Below are positions 18,692 to 25,111 of a stretch of DNA of 32,000 nt, piece by piece. Within the stretch, counting starts at the first letter, position 1. Every line of letters begins with the position of its first letter. The position numbers and the translations under genes are program-made. The stretch spans positions 67,447 through 99,446 of the forward strand of contig NZ_JMCC02000029.1 of NCBI RefSeq assembly GCF_000737335.2, in the 5' to 3' direction. The notes under the pieces are model-generated. The model was not told the origin of the DNA and made no database searches. It saw only the letters and a program-made list of their open reading frames with translations. The DNA is from Enhygromyxa salina. Lineage in GTDB: Bacteria; Myxococcota_A; Polyangia; Nannocystales; Nannocystaceae.

Positions 18692-19192
18692 TCAATCCAA
18701 TTGCGCCGTGCACTTGGCCACGGGACAGTCGAGCTCGCGGATCTGATCGCCCTCGAGCCTCCAGGTGCGGACGATCAATTCGACGGGCTCGGCGACGGCG
18801 TGGGGGGCAGCAGGGTTGTCGCGGATGTGGTCGAGCGCCTCTTTGACCAGGTAGCCGGTTGGTTGACCGGTCCGACCGTCGGGGCAGATCGTCTGCTCGA
18901 GGTCGTCGAAGCTCAGATCCGCCGCGCACGTCCAGCTCTCGTAGCGCTCGATCTCGCGCCGCTCCCCGGCTTGATCCTTGACGACCAAGCGCGCGCCAAA
19001 ATTGGGCGCGTCCTCGGAGTACATTGGGAAGGTCGAGAACGGATAGGCGTTGGTCACACCGATCGCCGCGCCCGAGTAGCAAGTGAACACCACGATCGCC
19101 AGGCCCAGGCGCTCGCGCACGCGCGTCATGGCCCGCACACCTGGCGTCGTGCTTTGTGAGTCACTTGCATCGCTGGCTTCCAACGGGCTCAT
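18692..19192 (-). CDS. Hypothetical membrane-anchored protein
   Basis: 166 aa. The start ATG overlaps the stop of the WD40 gene (ATGA at 19189-19192). An alternative ATG is at 19129. One N-terminal hydrophobic helix (LGLAIVVFTCYSGAAIGV) and four Cys residues in the soluble part. Confidence 0.55.
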   Translation of the reverse strand: MSPLEASDASDSQSTTPGVRAMTRVRERLGLAIVVFTCYSGAAIGVTNAYPFSTFPMYSEDAPNFGARLVVKDQAGERREIERYESWTCAADLSFDDLEQTICPDGRTGQPTGYLVKEALDHIRDNPAAPHAVAEPVELIVRTWRLEGDQIRELDCPVAKCTAQLD

Positions 19193-20259
19193 GGCGCTGC
19201 CCAGATCAGCACCGTGGTGTCGGCGCTCGCGCTGGCAAAATTGCCGCCGTCGGGCGAGAACGCGGCGTCGGTCACCGCGTCGGTGTGGCCCAGGAACCCG
19301 CGCACGATCCCGCCGCTGTTGACGTCGATCAGCGCCACGGAAAACTCGCTGCCCTCGAACTCGCCGGTCGCCAACATCAAGTTGCCGTCGGCCCCAAACC
19401 CGAACGGGTGCGCGACTGGGATCGTGGCGCTGCGCTTGCCGGTCGCGGTCGCGAAGATGCCCAGCTGCCCGGCCCCGATCCGGGCGGCCACGCGCTCGCC
19501 GTTGCCGCTATAGGCCAGGCTCGCGGGCGCCTCGCTGGCCTCGATCGTCCGCTGGACCTTGCCGGTTTGAGCGTCGATCAAGCGCACGCGCCCGTCGGCC
19601 CAACCCGAGGCCAGGCGCAGCCCGTTGGCGCTGAGCTGTAGACACGAGACCCCGGCGCCGCGGTGCTTGACGTGTCGACGCTCGGCCCCGTCGGCGGTCC
19701 AGATCCGCAGGCCATCGTCACCGCCCGAGGCGATGGTGGTCGCGTCGGCGGACACACCGACCGCCAGGACAGGGGCTTCGTGGCTGAGCCGGAGCCGGAG
19801 CTCGCCGGTGTCGCCGTCGAACACGTGGACCTCGTGCTCGGCGTTGGCGACCAAGGTGGCGCCGTTGGCACTGACGCCAACGCGAGCCGCCGGACCTGGC
19901 GAGCCCTGGACCGTCCGCGTGAGCGTGTGGCTGTGAGCGTCCCAGATGCGCCGCTTGCCGTCGCTCGAGGCGGTGACGATGACAGCACCATCGGCCGACC
20001 ACGCGAGGTCGGTGACGGGGGCGTCGTGGACCAGCCGCGCGAGCGTGAACACGGGCAGCGGCTCGGGCGGCGGCTCAGCGGGCGCGGGCGGTTCAGCGGG
20101 CGGAGCCAGCTCGGCAGGCGGTGCTTGGGGCGTTGCCGCGGACGGGGGGCCGTTGGCGGACGCAGGCTTGGCTGGAGCAGGCGCGCGCTCGACTGACGGT
20201 TCACATCCGGTTGGCAACGTGATCGACAGCGCCAGCGCGACCTTCCCGAACCTGTTCAC
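19189..20259 (-). CDS. WD40-repeat beta-propeller lipoprotein
   Basis: 356 aa with a GTG start. Signal and lipobox: (M)NRFGKVALALSITLPTGC. A Pro/Ala-rich linker follows, then WD40 units (LAWSADGAVIVTASSDGKRRIWDA; GHTDAVTDAAFSPDGGNFASASADTTVLIW). Confidence 0.85.
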   Translation of the reverse strand: MNRFGKVALALSITLPTGCEPSVERAPAPAKPASANGPPSAATPQAPPAELAPPAEPPAPAEPPPEPLPVFTLARLVHDAPVTDLAWSADGAVIVTASSDGKRRIWDAHSHTLTRTVQGSPGPAARVGVSANGATLVANAEHEVHVFDGDTGELRLRLSHEAPVLAVGVSADATTIASGGDDGLRIWTADGAERRHVKHRGAGVSCLQLSANGLRLASGWADGRVRLIDAQTGKVQRTIEASEAPASLAYSGNGERVAARIGAGQLGIFATATGKRSATIPVAHPFGFGADGNLMLATGEFEGSEFSVALIDVNSGGIVRGFLGHTDAVTDAAFSPDGGNFASASADTTVLIWAAP

Positions 20260-20402
20260 GCGCGGATGCTACCCCCAAGTCGGCGCTCGTGCGGCCTGAA
20301 CGGCGAGCCTGGCCAATCTGCCCCCTCGTGTGCCCAGCTGGGTCGCCCGGGCGCGGGCTCACGAAATTTGTTTCCCCACAGTCAGCTCCAGTCAGAAGTG
20401 CT

Positions 20403-21338
20403 ATGTTGGCGCCCTTGCCACGCGCGTCGGAGATCTTCGTGAATACACATCAGCTCGTCATTCTCACTAGCATCACCGCCCTGCTCTCGATCTCCGCGTG
20501 CGATAGCGGCAGCGACGACGCGGGTCTGATCGCGGACGCCGGCAGCGAAGAAGACAGCACCGGCGACGGCGACACCGAGACGGGTGAGACCGGCGAGCCC
20601 GAAGATCCCGACAGCGATCAAGATGGCCTGACCGACGCCCAAGAAGCCGAGCTCGGGACCGACCCCAACAAAAAAGACACCGACGCAGACAATTATTGGG
20701 ACAGCTGGGAGCTGCTCGAGGGCACCGATCCGCTCGACAAGGCCAGCCGCATCTACCAAGGTTTTTGGCCTTACAGCCCGACCAAGAACGAGCTGCCCCA
20801 GGGCAGCTGGGACACGTCAACGACCGAGCCGCTCAGCCCGTTCCCGCGCGCGGAATTTCTCGACCAGCACGGCGACATGGTCGACATCTACGACTTCAAC
20901 AACTTCACGATCAACGAGACGGGCGAGCCCTCGTACATGATCATCGACATGTCGGCGCAGTGGTGCGGGCCCTGCCACAACATGGCAGAGTGGATCTCGG
21001 GGGCCGACACCGCCGAGACAGCCTCGCTGCAGCAGACCTACCCAACGGTGCGCGACAAGGTCTACAGCCTGCGGATCTGGTGGATCACCGTGATCGTCGA
21101 GGACGCGGGGGGCGGGCCGCCCACGCTGTCGGACGCGGAGTCCTGGTACTCGATCCACCAGGACAACCACATCCCGGTGCTCGTTGACGAGACCCAGGGC
21201 GTCCGCAACATTTACAACGGCGGCCAGTACCCGTTCTTCTTCTTGCTCGATCCAAACATGGCGGTCGAGTACTGGGGCGTCCCAGGGCCCGGCGACAACC
21301 CGTTCTTGGCCCTGTGGTTCGTCGAGCAATACCTGTAG
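20403..21338 (+). CDS. Thioredoxin-fold lipoprotein (WCGPC active site) with acidic Ca-binding-like repeats
   Basis: Track ORF starts at 20289. I prefer ATG 20403 or GTG 20439, which gives (M)NTHQLVILTSITALLSISAC, a signal with lipobox. Aspartate-rich DSDQDGLTDAQE...TDPNKKDTDADN resembles thrombospondin type-3 repeats. The thioredoxin motif is IIDMSAQWCGPCHNMA. Confidence 0.8.
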   Translation: MLAPLPRASEIFVNTHQLVILTSITALLSISACDSGSDDAGLIADAGSEEDSTGDGDTETGETGEPEDPDSDQDGLTDAQEAELGTDPNKKDTDADNYWDSWELLEGTDPLDKASRIYQGFWPYSPTKNELPQGSWDTSTTEPLSPFPRAEFLDQHGDMVDIYDFNNFTINETGEPSYMIIDMSAQWCGPCHNMAEWISGADTAETASLQQTYPTVRDKVYSLRIWWITVIVEDAGGGPPTLSDAESWYSIHQDNHIPVLVDETQGVRNIYNGGQYPFFFLLDPNMAVEYWGVPGPGDNPFLALWFVEQYL

Positions 21339-21397
21339 AGCCGGCTGGAGCTTGGCCATGCGCACGGGCCTGAGCCGGAGCCTGACTCGGGTCTGGT

Positions 21398-21418
21398 CCG
21401 CGCGGTTGATCCGCGCGG
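21398..21418. terminator. GC hairpin CCGCGCGG-ttgat-CCGCGCGG between the thioredoxin gene and the next ATG
   Basis: Perfect 8-bp stem with a 5-nt loop. It lies 60 nt after the stop at 21338 and 8 nt before ATG 21426. There is no U-tract. It could terminate transcription or occlude the ribosome-binding region of the downstream gene. Confidence 0.3.
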
Positions 21419-21425
21419 CGCGACC

Positions 21426-22577
21426 ATGAGCGAGCGCGCGACACGAGAGGCGGCGCAGCTCAGCGTCGAGCTCGAGGCCAAGCTGCTCGCGCGCTTGGTC
21501 CAAGAGTGGCGCGGCATCAACTACGCCTACTTCAAGAGCGCGCTGAGGATCCCCGTGATCCGCCTGTCCGACGGGCCCGAGCTGGCCCACTGGAGCCTTG
21601 GCCTGCGCAGCCTCGAGATCTCGCGGGTCTTGGTGCTGGAGTACGACTGGGGCGAGGTGCTCGAGACCCTCAAGCGCGAGGTCGTCGTGCAGTTCATCGA
21701 CGAGCGCCTGAGCGTCGACGAGCGCCGGCATGGGCCAACCTATCGGCGGATCTGCGCGCGGCTGGGCATCGGCACCCGCCCAACCGGCAAGCCTCGTCCA
21801 GACCAAGGCATCGACCCGCGGGATCCCTCCAGTCGAGCGGTCAGCAGGATCCACAAGCTGCTCGCGCTCGCCCAGAGCCCCAACCGCCACGAAGCCGAGG
21901 CCGCGGCCGCGACGGCCCGGCGGCTCATGTTCAAGTTCAACATGCCCGCGCCGTCCGAGCGTCCGGGATCACAGCCTGAACAGGCCGACCGCCCGCGCTA
22001 TGGCTTTCGCCGGCTCGGGCGCCCTGTGGGACCGCTGTGGGAGCACGACCGGCGCCTCGCCAAGATCCTCAACGAGTACTTCTTCGTCGAGAGCGCGTGG
22101 CTGCCGGTCTATCTGCCCCGCGAGGGCAAGCGCGGCAGCGTGCTCGAGGTCTGCGGGCTCGAGGCCAATCTGCTGATCGCCGAGCACGTCCACGCGTTCG
22201 CACGCCAGACCGCGCAGCGCCTGTGGGCCGAGTACGCGCGCTCGACCGCGGGCGCGGGCCCCGGTGATCGCCTGGCGTTCTTGGCCGGCGTCATGAAGGG
22301 CTTCGAGACCAAGCTGGCGGCGCAAAACCAACAGCTGCAAGTAGAAGGATTGGTCTGGGTGCCGGCGCCGGATCTCGGCGTGTATTTTCGGCGACGCAAC
22401 CCAACACTGCAATACGTGCAGCCCGGGGATGCTCGGCACAATCACGCGTTCGAGCAAGGCAGCAAGGCAGGGTTGGCGATTGTGCTATCGCAGCCGGTTG
22501 GGTCTGGGTCTGGGTCTGGGTCGGGCGCGCGGCCCAAAGCCCTGAACGCCGCGCGCTCCCCAGCGGACAAACGATGA
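21426..22577 (+). CDS. DUF2786-like protein with an N-terminal degenerate SprT-like domain
   Basis: 383 aa. The central SRIHKLLALAQSPNRHEAEAAAATARRLMFKFNM matches the DUF2786 pattern as I remember it. The N-terminus (INYAYFKSALRIPVIRLSD...HWS...LEISRVLV...VLETLKREVVVQF) follows the SprT-like layout, but REVVV sits where HExxH is expected. The tail is a GSGSGSGSG tract. Confidence 0.55.
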   Translation: MSERATREAAQLSVELEAKLLARLVQEWRGINYAYFKSALRIPVIRLSDGPELAHWSLGLRSLEISRVLVLEYDWGEVLETLKREVVVQFIDERLSVDERRHGPTYRRICARLGIGTRPTGKPRPDQGIDPRDPSSRAVSRIHKLLALAQSPNRHEAEAAAATARRLMFKFNMPAPSERPGSQPEQADRPRYGFRRLGRPVGPLWEHDRRLAKILNEYFFVESAWLPVYLPREGKRGSVLEVCGLEANLLIAEHVHAFARQTAQRLWAEYARSTAGAGPGDRLAFLAGVMKGFETKLAAQNQQLQVEGLVWVPAPDLGVYFRRRNPTLQYVQPGDARHNHAFEQGSKAGLAIVLSQPVGSGSGSGSGARPKALNAARSPADKR

Positions 22578-22578
22578 A

Positions 22579-22612
22579 CATGGCCGAAGGGCCACTGCAC
22601 CCCTCGGCCATG
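22579..22612. terminator. Bidirectional stem-loop between convergent genes
   Basis: cATGGCCGAAGGG-ccactgca-CCCCTCGGCCATg: a 13-position stem with 12 pairs and one mismatch. It starts 2 nt after the stop at 22577 and ends 19 nt before the stop at 22632. No U-tract, which I understand is common in high-GC genomes. Confidence 0.5.
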
Positions 22613-22631
22613 TCGCGGCGAAGATCTGCGC

Positions 22632-22967
22632 TCAGCTCTTCTGGAAGGTCACGAGCCAGGACTTGCTCTTGTTCTGCCCCAACTTCTCCGAGACACGAAA
22701 CTGGTCCTTTCCGTTGACCTCGATCAGAAACTCGATCTGGCCGCCGCCGGAGCAATTGATGGCGGTCATCAACATGTCGTGGCTGCTCGATCGAAACGCC
22801 GGCGTCAGGTCGATCTCGTCCTGGAACTTCAGATCGTAGTCTGTCATTCGCTCGTAGATCTTGCGTCGAACGGTGTTGCTCTCGGCCAGGTGACCCAGCA
22901 AGATGTTGTCGGCCCGCGTCACGGTCATGGTCACGCGATCCCCTTGTTTGTACTTCACTGTTGGCAT
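22632..22967 (-). CDS. Small orphan protein (111 aa) in a low-GC pocket
   Basis: Track ORF is 22632..23066. The internal ATG 22967 is preceded by AGGAGA at a 7-nt spacing (caacAGGAGAcaatcatcATG). The product MPTVKYKQGDRVTMTVTRADN...FLIEVNGKDQFRVSEKLGQNKSKSWLVTFQKS is rich in Lys, Asn and Gln and uses AT-ending codons, unlike its neighbours. I recognise no family. Confidence 0.6.
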   Translation of the reverse strand: MPTVKYKQGDRVTMTVTRADNILLGHLAESNTVRRKIYERMTDYDLKFQDEIDLTPAFRSSSHDMLMTAINCSGGGQIEFLIEVNGKDQFRVSEKLGQNKSKSWLVTFQKS

Positions 22968-23160
22968 GATGATTGTCTCCTGTTGATCGCTGATTACCGA
23001 ATATTGGCGATACTTCGAACAACGACCATGGCTGGTATACTGTTTATCTGGTTGAAGGCTAGGCAATCATCGCGAAGAACATATGAAAAGTATTCGCCAT
23101 GTTTGTCCGTACGACCACGCTTTCGTTCGCGGCGGCGCGCTCGCCGAGCGCAGAGTCCAA

Positions 23161-24576
23161 TTAATCAAATGCGGCCGCGACCGCCTGCACGACGGTCTCG
23201 ACCTCGATCAGCTCGAGCCCGGCGCGGCTGGGCTTGGTGGGCTTGTTGGCTTTGCGGCCGCGCCCGCAGATGATCGCCCGCGTGAACCCGAGCCGGGCGG
23301 CCTCGGCCAGCCGCTCGTCCATTCGAGGTACGCGGCGCAGCTCGCCGGTCAGCCCAACCTCACCAATGATCACCGTGCCGGCTTGGATCGGCTTGCGCAG
23401 GTGCGAGCTGGCGACCGCGAGCAGCACCGCGAGATCGGCCGCCGGCTCGTTCAAGCGCAGGCCCCCGGCCACGTTCACGAACACGTCCTGGTCAACCACG
23501 AACAGCTCTGCGTGGCGATCGAGCACGGCCAGCAACATCGCGAGTCGGTTGGGGTCCGCGCCCACGCAGGTGCGCCGCGGATAGCCGCCGGGGCTGGGCC
23601 CGAGCAGCGCCTGGACCTCGAGCAGCAGCGGCCGCGAGCCCTCGAGCGAGGCCGTGACCGCCGAGCCGATCGCCTGCTCGGGGTGGTCGGCCAAGAACGC
23701 CTCGCTGGGGTTTTGTATCTCGCGCAGACCCAGGCCGGTCATCTCGAACACGCCGAGCTCGGCGGTGCTGCCAAACCGGTTCTTGCTGGCCCGCAGCATC
23801 CGCGTGGCCCGCTCTTCGTCGCCCTCGAAGCTGAGCACCGCGTCGACCATGTGCTCGAGCAAGCGCGGGCCGGCGAGCTGACCGTCCTTGGTCACGTGGC
23901 CCACGATCACCACTGGCACGTTGCTGGTCTTGGCCCAGCTCAGCAGGTGCCCGGTGACGCTGCGGATCTGGCTGATGTTGCCGGGCAGACCGTCTTGCGC
24001 GTCGCTGTAGACCGTCTGGATCGAGTCGACGACCAGCACGTCGGGGCGCTGCGTGGCGGCGTGATCCAAGATCGACTCGATGCGGGTCTCGGCGATCAGC
24101 AACAAGCGCTCGTCGCCCACGCGAAACTCACCGCCACGCAGGCGGGCAGCTCGCGCAGCGACCTGGGCGACCGACTCTTCGCCGCTCGCGTACAGGACCG
24201 TGCGGCCGCGCTTGCCCTCGCCGACCAGCGCCGCGCAAGCCTGCAGCAACAGCGTGGACTTGCCGATCCCCGGGGCCCCGCCAAGCAGGACGAGGCTGCC
24301 GGGCACCAAGCCGCCGCCGAGCACCCGATCGAATTCGCTGATCCCCGTGTGCAGCCGTAGCTCGCTGGCGGCGTTAGCCTGGGCATCGGTGACCGGGGTG
24401 GGCTTCGACTTGGCGCCCGGGGCTGCGAGCACGACCCGCTCGCCGGCCGCGGGCCGCTCGGTCTGCTCTTGGATCGTGTTCCACTCGCGGCAACCGGGGC
24501 ACTGGCCGAACCACCCGTTGGTCGTGGCACCGCATGCGTTGCACGCCCACCGGGTCTTGGACTTGGTCTTGGCCAT
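23161..24576 (-). CDS. radA: DNA repair protein RadA/Sms
   Basis: Track ORF extends to 24681. ATG 24576 gives MAKTKSKTRWACNACGATTNGWFGQCPGCREWNT, the C4 zinc finger. Also present: Walker A GGAPGIGKSTLLLQ, the KNRFG motif, and a Lon-protease-like C-terminal domain (VFVNVAGGLRLNEPAADLAV...GEVGLTGELR). Confidence 0.95.
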   Translation of the reverse strand: MAKTKSKTRWACNACGATTNGWFGQCPGCREWNTIQEQTERPAAGERVVLAAPGAKSKPTPVTDAQANAASELRLHTGISEFDRVLGGGLVPGSLVLLGGAPGIGKSTLLLQACAALVGEGKRGRTVLYASGEESVAQVAARAARLRGGEFRVGDERLLLIAETRIESILDHAATQRPDVLVVDSIQTVYSDAQDGLPGNISQIRSVTGHLLSWAKTSNVPVVIVGHVTKDGQLAGPRLLEHMVDAVLSFEGDEERATRMLRASKNRFGSTAELGVFEMTGLGLREIQNPSEAFLADHPEQAIGSAVTASLEGSRPLLLEVQALLGPSPGGYPRRTCVGADPNRLAMLLAVLDRHAELFVVDQDVFVNVAGGLRLNEPAADLAVLLAVASSHLRKPIQAGTVIIGEVGLTGELRRVPRMDERLAEAARLGFTRAIICGRGRKANKPTKPSRAGLELIEVETVVQAVAAAFD

Positions 24577-24724
24577 TGGCAGAGTGACTATCACAAGCCT
24601 GCGGCGACGGCCTCGCAAGACCCGAGGATGTTCGCCACAATACTGTCCAGATGGACGATCGACTTCGCCAGGCGGATGCACGGCTGCACCAGCAGCAAGC
24701 CGTCCGGGCGATGCAGGCGTCGAG

Positions 24725-25057
24725 TTGCTCTTTTGCGCCCCCGCGTCGGGCCGGCCCTTCGTCGCCTTCGATCGCCTCGAGCACCCCTGCGGTGTCGAGG
24801 TCCATTTTCAGCGCGAAGACAGCCCGCGCGATGCGGTCGTCGATCTGTTCGAGACCTTGGCGATCGACGATGGCGATGTTGGCCTGCACCCCGACTTGAA
24901 CCCAGAGGAGCTGCCCCAGTGGGCGCTCTGGCGAGAGGACGACAACAACAACCGATTCGAGATCGAGCGCTATCGCTGCTATGCCAAGGCGGTCGAGCGA
25001 GCGCGCATTTTTACCGCCCGCGGTCACCGTCAATTCTATTGGGTCGACCCGGCCTGA
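24725..25057 (+). CDS. Small hypothetical protein; start uncertain
   Basis: This is the C-terminal part of track ORF 24080..25057. Third-position GC rises sharply from about 24715. Candidate starts are TTG 24725 and TTG 24896. The C-terminus ELPQWALWREDDNNNRFEIERYRCYAKAVERARIFTARGHRQFYWVDPA resembles a small conserved bacterial family that I recall but cannot name. Confidence 0.45.
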   Translation: MLFCAPASGRPFVAFDRLEHPCGVEVHFQREDSPRDAVVDLFETLAIDDGDVGLHPDLNPEELPQWALWREDDNNNRFEIERYRCYAKAVERARIFTARGHRQFYWVDPA

Positions 25058-25085
25058 GCGACTGGGTGAGCGACTGGGTCATCAA

Positions 25086-25106
25086 CGGCGGCAGCGAACG
25101 CCGCCG
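25086..25106. terminator. GC stem-loop between convergent genes (small ORF and MVP homolog)
   Basis: CGGCGGC-agcgaac-GCCGCCG: a 7-bp perfect stem with a 7-nt loop. It lies 29 nt after the stop at 25057 and 6 nt before the MVP-homolog stop at 25112. Confidence 0.4.
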
Positions 25107-25111
25107 CCGGG

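Noticed and set aside
24374-25033. 219-aa minus-strand ORF upstream of radA
   Set aside because: It would overlap radA by about 200 nt. Its sequence mirrors the plus-strand small ORF, which has the more protein-like C-terminus and a sharp GC3 onset.
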